A stretch of DNA of 41,531 nucleotides, from the NCBI GenBank assembly GCA_002308935.1, contig DBWN01000069.1, forward strand, positions 1-41,531, in the 5' to 3' direction. The translations under genes and the position numbers were made by a program. This stretch comes from Bacteroidales bacterium UBA1237 (GTDB lineage Bacteria; Bacteroidota; Bacteroidia; Bacteroidales; UBA932). The notes beneath the pieces are model-generated. The model was not told where the DNA came from and ran no database searches. It was given only the letters and a program-made list of their open reading frames with translations. Positions 34,588 to 41,531 of the stretch are shown here, in pieces; within the stretch, counting starts at the first letter, position 1, and each line of letters opens with the position of its first letter.

Positions 34588-34621
34588 TAATGAATCGGAC
34601 TGGATTGGTCACTTGTCCTGC

Positions 34622-35458
34622 TTAGTCGATGTTCTCTATCATCCTTACGAACAGGGTGCACATCTTGGATGCTGCCGCGTCCGCGGTCTTCACCACCTCG
34701 TCTCCGTTGTTGGCGTAGTCTTCAGAATAGTCGTCATGAGCCTCGTTCGTGATGACCGAAACTCCGAATACGGGAATTCCGCTGTGTCTGGCTGTTATGA
34801 CTTCCGGGACTGTCGACATTCCGGTGGCGTCACCTCCCACGGTCCTGATGAACTTGTACTCGTGAGGTGTCTCGTAGGTGGGGCCTGTACCTCCGAAGTA
34901 AACTCCTTCCTTCACCTGGATGCCTTCTTTCAATGCCAGGTACTTGGCTTTCTTGATGAGGCCGAGGTCGTAAGGACGTGTCATGTCGGGGAAGCGGGGG
35001 CCGAATTCATCCATGTTGGGCCCGATGAGCGGATTGGGCATCATGTTGATGTGGTCCCTGATGATCATGAGGTCACCGACATGCAGGTCGAAATTGACTC
35101 CGCCCGCAGCGTTCGATACGAACAGGTACTTGATGCCGAGCAGGACCATCACTCTTGTGGGGAGTGTGACCAGGTCCATCGGGTATCCCTCATAGTAGTG
35201 GATCCTTCCCTGCATCGCGATCACGGTCTTCCCTCCGAGGGTGCCGATGATGAAGTTGCCCTTGTGTCCGATTGCAGTGGAGACGGGGAATCCCGGAATG
35301 TCCCTGTAAGGGATCACCACAGGGGATTCGATGAGATCGGTGAGCTTTCCAAGGCCGCTGCCGAGGATGATGCCCACCTTGGGCTGGAGCGAATGCTCGT
35401 CAAGTATCTTCTTGACGTAGTCCGCCGCTTTGTGAATTCTTTCAACTCTCGGGTCCAT
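34622..35458 (-). CDS. punA: Purine nucleoside phosphorylase (trimeric, inosine/guanosine type)
   Basis: [42 protein letters not shown] and SVITN motifs. Confidence 0.93.
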   Translation of the reverse strand: MDPRVERIHKAADYVKKILDEHSLQPKVGIILGSGLGKLTDLIESPVVIPYRDIPGFPVSTAIGHKGNFIIGTLGGKTVIAMQGRIHYYEGYPMDLVTLPTRVMVLLGIKYLFVSNAAGGVNFDLHVGDLMIIRDHINMMPNPLIGPNMDEFGPRFPDMTRPYDLGLIKKAKYLALKEGIQVKEGVYFGGTGPTYETPHEYKFIRTVGGDATGMSTVPEVITARHSGIPVFGVSVITNEAHDDYSEDYANNGDEVVKTADAAASKMCTLFVRMIENID

Positions 35459-35486
35459 GATGTAGTATTTTTAAGTGTTATCGTTC

Positions 35487-36785
35487 TCAATTCATATGAT
35501 GCCGGATTATGCTTCTGGCATGCTCCAGCACTTTCTTTTCGCTTCTTATCTTCCTGTCTTTCATGACGAACTTGCCTTGGGCGATGACCGACTCGACGCA
35601 GCCACTGCGGCCTGAGAAGATGAATTTCTCAAGAAACGGGGCGGGGGACAGGAAGAAGGGGGAGTCAGTGTCGATTATCAGGATGTCGGCCTCCTTGCCC
35701 TCTTGAATTGATCCGGTGTTGAGCCTGAGTGCCTTGGCACCGTTGGCTGTCGCGCATTTGATGAGCTCCTCCAAAGGCCACGCTTTGTGGTCTTCCCTCC
35801 AGGTTTTCTGGAGAAGGGAAGAGGTCCTTACAGCTTCAAGCATGTCAAGATTGCCGGATGAGGCACTTCCGTCCGTGCCGAGGCAAATGTTGGCTCCAGA
35901 GTCTCTCAGCTCGCGGTAAAGGAACTTGTATCCCGAAGAAAGGTCCCCATCGGTTCTCGGGCAGTGCACACAGTTCACCTTCCTTTCACCCAGGATCCTT
36001 ACGTCTTTCGGGGTGAGCCACAGAGTGTGGGCGGCTATTGTCCTTTCGCTCAGAGCCCCCAGCCTGTCAAGATACTCGACCGGAGTCAGCCCGCCGTGGG
36101 AGGCCTTGCAGTCATTGACTTCTCGAAGGGTTTCGCTCAGATGCACGTGCAGAAGGAGAGAGTTCCTCTGCGAGAATTCCGATGCCCACATTATCATTTC
36201 TTCACTGACGGAATAAACGGAATGCAGACTTATAACGAATACTGCTTTGCCGTCCCATTGGAGGGAAGACCGGTACATCCTTTCACACATCAGCTTCTGG
36301 CGAGCGGCTCTCCTGCGGTCACCCCCGTCCATGATGACAGATGAGATGACGGGACGGATCCCCAAGGCAGAGGCGGATTTGAGTGCCTTTCTGGGATGCC
36401 AGTACATGTCATTGAAAGCAGTGGTGCCTGTCCTTATCATCTCAAGGGCTGCAACCTGCGTTCCCCAGTATACGTAATCTTCGTCGACGCTCTTCTCACT
36501 CTCCAGTATGCCTTTCATCCAATCTTTCACATCGGCATCCTCCTGCATTCCTCTCATCATGGACATGGCGGCATGGGTGTGCATGTTGATGAATCCGGGC
36601 ATGGCGGTTCTGCCTGTGCAATCTACGCTCTGGATATCTTCCCCGGGGATGGAGGGGGAGAGTTTTTGCAGGTAGTCCAGCATATTCTTGTGCGGAAGGA
36701 TCTTTTCAATCAATCCGCCGCGGATCAGGATGTCGGAGGTCCTGCCTTCGACAGAGATGTCTTTCAGAAGTATGCTGCTGCCCAT
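35487..36785 (-). CDS. Amidohydrolase, MTA/SAH (nucleoside) deaminase-like
   Basis: MPGFINMHTH, GTTAFNDMY, HVHLSET, AAHTL, LGTDG and ATANGAKAL. Start is 36785 or 36824. Confidence 0.85.
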   Translation of the reverse strand: MGSSILLKDISVEGRTSDILIRGGLIEKILPHKNMLDYLQKLSPSIPGEDIQSVDCTGRTAMPGFINMHTHAAMSMMRGMQEDADVKDWMKGILESEKSVDEDYVYWGTQVAALEMIRTGTTAFNDMYWHPRKALKSASALGIRPVISSVIMDGGDRRRAARQKLMCERMYRSSLQWDGKAVFVISLHSVYSVSEEMIMWASEFSQRNSLLLHVHLSETLREVNDCKASHGGLTPVEYLDRLGALSERTIAAHTLWLTPKDVRILGERKVNCVHCPRTDGDLSSGYKFLYRELRDSGANICLGTDGSASSGNLDMLEAVRTSSLLQKTWREDHKAWPLEELIKCATANGAKALRLNTGSIQEGKEADILIIDTDSPFFLSPAPFLEKFIFSGRSGCVESVIAQGKFVMKDRKIRSEKKVLEHARSIIRHHMN

Positions 36786-36838
36786 GTCTTGGAGATGTGC
36801 GGAGCCGTCAGTGGCGTCTCCCATTATGCGGTCAATCT

Positions 36839-36846
36839 CAAATATA
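36839..36846 (-). promoter_or_regulatory. -7 promoter element for the deaminase-PNP pair
   Basis: TATATTTG on the minus strand. Confidence 0.55.
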
Positions 36847-36896
36847 AGCAATTTTCTGTCTTTGTATATATCCTGCCCCGAAAAACAGATTGAACG

Positions 36897-36929
36897 AAAA
36901 GAAAACCGGGGACCGATCGGGTCTCCGGC
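36897..36929 (-). terminator. Terminator after ltaE
   Basis: Minus strand CCGGAGACC-CGATC-GGTCCCCGG followed by TTTTCTTTT. Confidence 0.8.
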
Positions 36930-36953
36930 TGTATGGGAATTCTGGTGGTCGAA

Positions 36954-37988
36954 TCAGATTATCTTGTCCAGGAAATCCAGGTCTTCTTGGGTTGTCGCCC
37001 AGCTTGTGGCGAACCTTACGACGGTCCTTCCGTCCGGAAGGGGTTCCCAGATTTCGAAGAGCGCATGCTTCGAGATCCTGTCCATCTGCTCATCGTCAAG
37101 GATGATGAACTGCTGGTTGGTGGGGGAGTCCATGTGGAGGCTGTAACCCTTGGCGAGGAACATCCCTTTCATCTTAATGGCGAGATTCACTGCGTTTTTG
37201 GCGATCTTCAGGTACAGCCCGTCAGTGAAGAGGGTGTCGAACTGCACTCCCGTGAGCCTTCCTTTAGCGATGAGGGCTCCGTGCTGCTTGACCATCGTGA
37301 AGAAGTGCTCAGGAGCTCCGTGGTGGGGGAAAACCACGGCTTCGCCACATAGGGCGCCGACTTTGGTTCCTCCTATGTAGAAGACTTCGCAAAGGTCCTT
37401 CAGATCCCCAAGAGAGACGTCTCCGCCATGGGCGCAAAGGCCGTATCCGAGCCTGGCTCCGTCAATGAACAGGGGAATTCCCCATTTCCGGCAGACCGAG
37501 TGTATGTCCTCAAGTTCCTTTTTTGAGTAGACGGTACCGTACTCCGTAGGGAAGGAGATGTACGCCATACCGGGGAACACCATATGGTCATGGTTGCCGT
37601 CTTCGAAGAAGGCCTTCAGATATGTGTTGAGCACTTCGGCTTCCATCTTGCCTTCTTTTCCGGGGATGGTGAGGACCTTGTGGGAAGTATATTCCACAGC
37701 TCCCGCCTCATGGACGGCAATATGGCCGGTGGTTACGGCTACTACCCCCTCATAGGGCTTGAGCATCGTGGCTATGATGGTGGAGTTGGTCTGGGTGCCG
37801 CCGCAAAGAAGGAAAACGTCAGCCTCTTGGTCATTGACGGCTTCCTTGATTTTGTTTTTGGCGCTTATCGAGAAAGTGTCGAATCCATAACCCGGGCACT
37901 GGACCATGTTGGTCTCGAGAAACCTTTCAAGAATCTTGGGGTGAGCACCCTCTGAATAATCGCATACGAATGATCTTTTCGTTTCCAT
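36954..37988 (-). CDS. ltaE: Low-specificity L-threonine aldolase (PLP-dependent)
   Basis: SFVCDYSEGAHP, GGTQTN, HIAVHEAGA, PTEYG, FIDGARL, PLP lysine in IGGTKVG, VRFATSWAT. Confidence 0.9.
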   Translation of the reverse strand: METKRSFVCDYSEGAHPKILERFLETNMVQCPGYGFDTFSISAKNKIKEAVNDQEADVFLLCGGTQTNSTIIATMLKPYEGVVAVTTGHIAVHEAGAVEYTSHKVLTIPGKEGKMEAEVLNTYLKAFFEDGNHDHMVFPGMAYISFPTEYGTVYSKKELEDIHSVCRKWGIPLFIDGARLGYGLCAHGGDVSLGDLKDLCEVFYIGGTKVGALCGEAVVFPHHGAPEHFFTMVKQHGALIAKGRLTGVQFDTLFTDGLYLKIAKNAVNLAIKMKGMFLAKGYSLHMDSPTNQQFIILDDEQMDRISKHALFEIWEPLPDGRTVVRFATSWATTQEDLDFLDKII

Positions 37989-38088
37989 TTGTAGGGTCGT
38001 TTTATGCTTTTTGGATAAATCGAGGCAAGTTATCCAAAAAATCAGACCCGTACAAGAAAAATCGGATTGTACTTTGCTGACAAAGAAT

Positions 38089-38096
38089 TATTTTTG
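38089..38096 (+). promoter_or_regulatory. -7 promoter element for the MATE gene
   Basis: TATTTTTG 20 nt upstream of the ATG, with a TTTG further upstream. Confidence 0.6.
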
Positions 38097-38116
38097 CTGA
38101 AACCCTCTTTCCGGAT

Positions 38117-39505
38117 ATGGCGACAGCGGCCCAGAACGATAAATTCATTAGGATGACGACCCTTCCCGTCAAGAAACTTGTCGGGGAACTCGCTATACCT
38201 TCAGTCGTGAGCATGCTGATTTCGAGCGTGTACAATATAGTCGACACGTTCTTTGTAGGAAGGTTGGACACCCAGTCCAGCGCCGCTTTGGGTGTGGTGT
38301 TCTCCTACATGTCGATCATCCAGTCGATCGCCTTCTTCTTCGGTCAGGGAGCCGGCAACTATATCTCAAGGTCTTTGGGAAGCCGTAACCTCAAAGGTGC
38401 GGAGCAGATGGCTTCGGTGGGCTTCTTCTCGACCATATTGACCGGCTTGATACTGGAGGTTACGGGTTTCCTGTCAATGGATCCGCTGCTGGATTTCCTG
38501 GGGTCCACACCTACAGTGAAGCCTTTCGCCGCAGGATATTTCAAATGGATCCTTGTTGGAACTCCCTTCATAATGGGGTGTTTCTCGCTCAATAACCTGA
38601 TGCGTCAGCAGGGGAACGCCATGATGGCGATGATAGGGATAGCTTCCGGAGCGGTCCTGAACATCGCCCTGGATCCGGTCCTTATCTTCGGTTTCGGGAT
38701 GGGAGTCGAAGGAGCCGGTCTGGCGACAGCGATATCCCAGGCGGTGAGTTTCGTGCTGCTTCTCGTTCTTTCGGGGAAAAAAGGAGGAATCAGACTGCGT
38801 TTCTCTCTGTTCAGACCCACTTGGAAGCATTATACGGAGATCGCGGCAGGAGGCCTTCCGTCCCTTTTCAGACAGGGGTTGGGCGCCATAGCCGCCATAT
38901 GCTTCAACCAGGTGGCGAGGACTTACGGGGACGAGGCGCTCGCGGCATTCTCCATAGTCTCGAGGATAATGATGTTCTGCGCCGCGGCGATGGTCGGATA
39001 CGGGCAGGGATTCCAGCCTGTGTGCGGGTTCAATTTCGGAGCGGGGAATTACGACAGGGTGAGGAAAGCGTTCTGGCACGCCTGGAGGGTGTCAACGGTA
39101 TACTGCACCATCTTCGCCGCAATCCTCTTCATATGGGCTCCGCAGATCGTCACGCTCTTCAGAGCGGATGACCCTGAAGTCATACGGATCGGATCGGAGG
39201 TGCTGCGGTACCAAAGTGCGGTCTTTCCTCTCATTGCGTCGATAGTGATGACCAACATGTTCCTCCAGAATATCCGTAAAGTGGTTCCGGCCATCATTAC
39301 CGCTGCCTTGCGTAACGGACTTTCCTTCATACCGGCCATTTATCTGGGTCAGCTGTTGCTCGGTTTCTTCGGAGTGGAGATAGCCCATACGGTGTCGGAC
39401 GTCGTGTCGTTCCTCATATCGGCGCCCATATGCCTGGCAGCATTGAAGGGTATGGGAAAGGACCGTACACCGGACCTTCTCAAATCCACGGAAGACGCAA
39501 AATAA
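38117..39505 (+). CDS. MATE family efflux transporter
   Basis: About 12 TM segments; YNIVDTFFVG, NIALDPVLIF...GVEGAGLAT, QPVCGFNFGA. Confidence 0.95.
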   Translation: MATAAQNDKFIRMTTLPVKKLVGELAIPSVVSMLISSVYNIVDTFFVGRLDTQSSAALGVVFSYMSIIQSIAFFFGQGAGNYISRSLGSRNLKGAEQMASVGFFSTILTGLILEVTGFLSMDPLLDFLGSTPTVKPFAAGYFKWILVGTPFIMGCFSLNNLMRQQGNAMMAMIGIASGAVLNIALDPVLIFGFGMGVEGAGLATAISQAVSFVLLLVLSGKKGGIRLRFSLFRPTWKHYTEIAAGGLPSLFRQGLGAIAAICFNQVARTYGDEALAAFSIVSRIMMFCAAAMVGYGQGFQPVCGFNFGAGNYDRVRKAFWHAWRVSTVYCTIFAAILFIWAPQIVTLFRADDPEVIRIGSEVLRYQSAVFPLIASIVMTNMFLQNIRKVVPAIITAALRNGLSFIPAIYLGQLLLGFFGVEIAHTVSDVVSFLISAPICLAALKGMGKDRTPDLLKSTEDAK

Positions 39506-39531
39506 AAGGTCCTCCCTTTTCGGGGAAGACC
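39504..39531. terminator. Terminator between convergent MATE and GPx genes
   Basis: GGTCCTCCC...GGGAAGACC hairpin preceded by an A tract (U tract on the minus strand). Confidence 0.55.
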
Positions 39532-39569
39532 ACAAATCTTTCATTTACTTTTTGATTGTCAATCCGTTC

Positions 39570-40208
39570 CTAAAGAAGAGCGGTGATCTTTCCTACGATG
39601 TCTGAAGGCTTGTCAGTGGGTTCGAACCTCTCCACAACGTTACCCTCGCGGTCAACGAGGAACTTGGTGAAGTTCCACTTGATGTCGGGGTTCTTGTCAT
39701 AGTCGGGGTTCTGCCTTCTGAACATGCCGTCTAGCATCTTTCCGGTATTGTCCTCCAGATTGAATCCCTTGAATCCTTTCTGTGATTTGAGGTACTTGAA
39801 CAGAGGGTCCTCATTTTCTCCGTTCACGTCGATCTTTGCGAATTGGGGGAACTGCGTGTTGTAGGTGGAAGTGCAGAATTCCTTGATTTCGGCTGCAGTT
39901 CCGGGAGCCTGTCCGCCGAACTGGTTGCAAGGGAAGTCAAGGATTTCGAAACCCTTGCTCCTGTACTGCTCGTAGATGGACTCGAGCTCTTCGTACTGGG
40001 GGGTGAATCCGCACCTTGTGGCTGTGTTCACTATGAGAAGGACTTTGCCGCTGTAGTCAGCCAGGGACACGTCGGCGCCGTCGGCGTCCTTGACTGTTAT
40101 GGAGTAGAATTCCTGATTGCCTTTCGGGGCTGATTTCTTGCCGGTGTTGTTTCCGCAAGAAATTACTGCCAAGACGGCGAGAACCGCTAAGATGGTTCTT
40201 GTTTTCAT
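39570..40208 (-). CDS. Glutathione peroxidase family lipoprotein (Cys type)
   Basis: Lipobox AVISC; GKVLLIVNTATRCGFTPQY, FPCNQFG and IKWNFTKFLVDREG. Confidence 0.95.
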   Translation of the reverse strand: MKTRTILAVLAVLAVISCGNNTGKKSAPKGNQEFYSITVKDADGADVSLADYSGKVLLIVNTATRCGFTPQYEELESIYEQYRSKGFEILDFPCNQFGGQAPGTAAEIKEFCTSTYNTQFPQFAKIDVNGENEDPLFKYLKSQKGFKGFNLEDNTGKMLDGMFRRQNPDYDKNPDIKWNFTKFLVDREGNVVERFEPTDKPSDIVGKITALL

Positions 40209-40242
40209 TCTTTTTGTCTGTTGATTGGTTGTCCGTTTTATC

Positions 40243-40273
40243 AAGAAGAAAGGCGGGCCTGGCAGGTCCGCTT
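40243..40273 (-). terminator. Terminator after the DUF3276 gene
   Basis: Minus strand AAGCGGACCT-GCC-AGGCCCGCCT followed by TTCTTCTT. Confidence 0.7.
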
Positions 40274-40301
40274 GCAGGATGGTTTTGGGAAATGATCTAT
40301 G

Positions 40302-40640
40302 CTACCACTCCTCTTCGGAGGACTTTCCACCCTTGTAATTGTCCTTGGGCTCGTCTTTGAGCTGGTTGGACCTCAGATAGTTGATGGCGTCCTGGAGACC
40401 CTCGGCGAATTTGTCGAAATCCTCTTTGTACAAGAAGATCTTGTGCTTGTCGTAGGTATATCTTCCGTCATGCTCTATCTTCCTTCTGCTCTCCGTAATG
40501 GTAATATAGAAGTCATTGTTCCCTTTGGTGGATTTCACATCAAAGAAATACGTACGTTTTCCCGCTCTCACCGGTTTGGAGTAAATCTCGTCTTCCGAGT
40601 TCTCGCGGCCGTAGCCCCTGTCGTAATCGTCGCTGTACAT
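40302..40640 (-). CDS. DUF3276 / PUR-family DNA/RNA-binding protein
   Basis: IYSKPVRAGKRTYFFDVK...YITITESRR...KHKIFLYKEDFDKF; divergent from nusB, as is usual in Bacteroidetes. Confidence 0.92.
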   Translation of the reverse strand: MYSDDYDRGYGRENSEDEIYSKPVRAGKRTYFFDVKSTKGNNDFYITITESRRKIEHDGRYTYDKHKIFLYKEDFDKFAEGLQDAINYLRSNQLKDEPKDNYKGGKSSEEEW

Positions 40641-40667
40641 ATGAATCTTTTAGTTTGTAAATGTGGC

Positions 40668-40705
40668 CAAATGTAAGGATTTTTCGTGAAATGGCGTTAT
40701 CTTTG
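40668..40705. promoter_or_regulatory. Back-to-back divergent promoters for DUF3276 and nusB
   Basis: TACATTTG on the minus strand (40668-40675) and TATCTTTG on the plus strand (40698-40705). Confidence 0.65.
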
Positions 40706-40797
40706 CGTGAAATTTCGGACCAAGCGGACAAAAATTGCGCATCGCTCTTTTCACACACCGTGTAACTTCGTGTGGTCCAAAAGGAAACAATTCTCAT

Positions 40798-41531
40798 ATG
40801 CTGAACAGAAGAATACTCAGGATAAAGGCTTTCAAAGTCCTTTACTCGTATGCCGTGAAGGGTGGAATGAGTCTTGAAGACGCCCTTTCAGAACTTGATT
40901 CCAGCTGCGAGTCGACTAGGGACCTCTACCTCTTCATGCTCGCCCTTGTCATTCCGCTGTGCGCGGAAGAGGGTAGGCGGATAGAGGCTGCAAAGACCAA
41001 ATTCAATCCTACCGAGGAGGAACTTTCCGCCAGCGACCGCTTCGCTTCGAACAGGGTCGCCAAAATACTTTCTGAGGACGCGGACTTCCAGAAGATGCTT
41101 TCCAAGAAAGGGCTCTCCTGGGACCAGTACGATATCGTAGTGGGGAAGATCCTCAACTCCGTCCACGAGAAGCCTTACTACAAGCGTTACATGGCTCTTC
41201 CCGAGGCGTCCCTTGAGGACGACTGCAAGGTCCTTTGCAAAGTATTCGAGCAGGAACTCGTCGGTTTGCCTGAGGTCGAGGATCTCATCGAGGAGAAGAA
41301 CATCTCCTGGACCGATGAACTCGCCTACGCCCTCACATGGTGCTGCCACACCCTTGATGATCTTTCCCATGGTGAGCATTGGAGGCTTCCCGCACTCTAC
41401 CAGAGCGACATGGTCCTGAGGCGCAAACCCGGCGCTAGCGTATCTTCTGACAAGGCCTTCGTGAGGAAACTTCTCAGTGCCGCCTTCTCCGGATATGAGG
41501 GCTATTTCCAGAAGGTGGTCTCCATGACCAA
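40798..41531 (+). CDS. nusB: Transcription antitermination factor NusB, long Bacteroidetes form (3' end outside window; absent from the ORF track)
   Basis: Manual translation gives MLNRRILRIKAFKVLYSY...RDLYLFML...KFNPTEEEL...FASNRV; the frame appears open to the window end. Confidence 0.9.
   Translation, partial: MLNRRILRIKAFKVLYSYAVKGGMSLEDALSELDSSCESTRDLYLFMLALVIPLCAEEGRRIEAAKTKFNPTEEELSASDRFASNRVAKILSEDADFQKMLSKKGLSWDQYDIVVGKILNSVHEKPYYKRYMALPEASLEDDCKVLCKVFEQELVGLPEVEDLIEEKNISWTDELAYALTWCCHTLDDLSHGEHWRLPALYQSDMVLRRKPGASVSSDKAFVRKLLSAAFSGYEGYFQKVVSMT

Noticed and set aside
34613-35566. 317-aa plus-strand ORF
   Set aside because: Antisense shadow of the purine nucleoside phosphorylase.
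40005-40025. Possible selenocysteine in the glutathione peroxidase
   Set aside because: The active-site codon is TGC (Cys); there is no in-frame TGA.
40888-41379. 163-aa minus-strand ORF
   Set aside because: Antisense to the truncated nusB reading frame, which is the real gene.
1-41531. CRISPR arrays, IS/transposases, integrases, invertible promoters, tRNA/rRNA, defence systems
   Set aside because: No regularly spaced repeats, recombinase or nuclease genes, or cloverleaf/rRNA sequences were seen by eye. The CCGG-rich hairpins differ from each other and behave as ordinary terminators, not a REP family.

Overview
A 41.5 kb chromosomal window from a moderately GC-rich Bacteroidales bacterium. 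The assignment rests on a SusC/SusD pair, a hybrid two-component system (HTCS), TAnnTTTG promoter elements, A-rich leaders and a long-form NusB. From left to right it holds: the 3' end of a GSCFA-domain gene; a Firmicutes-like ECF sigma/anti-sigma pair; a minus-strand block zapB-like, zapA, 6S RNA (missed by the ORF track), rny, dsbD; two DUF4252-like secreted proteins; a compact polysaccharide utilisation locus (PUL: GH3 beta-glucosidase, large GH78 alpha-L-rhamnosidase, SusD, SusC, HTCS); an operon of a plant-GH3-like acyl-acid amido synthetase, a HAD phosphatase, murB and murA, converging on a PlsC-like acyltransferase; a secreted tannase-like serine hydrolase; a membrane protein/FlK-type thioesterase/nadE operon; a purine nucleoside phosphorylase with a nucleoside deaminase; ltaE; a MATE transporter; a lipoprotein glutathione peroxidase; a DUF3276/PUR protein; and the 5' part of nusB. 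I saw no IS, prophage, CRISPR array, tRNA or rRNA. The best candidate for an undescribed system is the amido synthetase-HAD-murBA operon with the adjacent acyltransferase. Its HAD gene has no ATG/GTG/TTG before the catalytic motif, and its upstream region resembles a repeat motif in the PUL. A boxA-like element in the nusB leader is also notable. All family calls come from motif recognition by eye; no database search or folding program was run.
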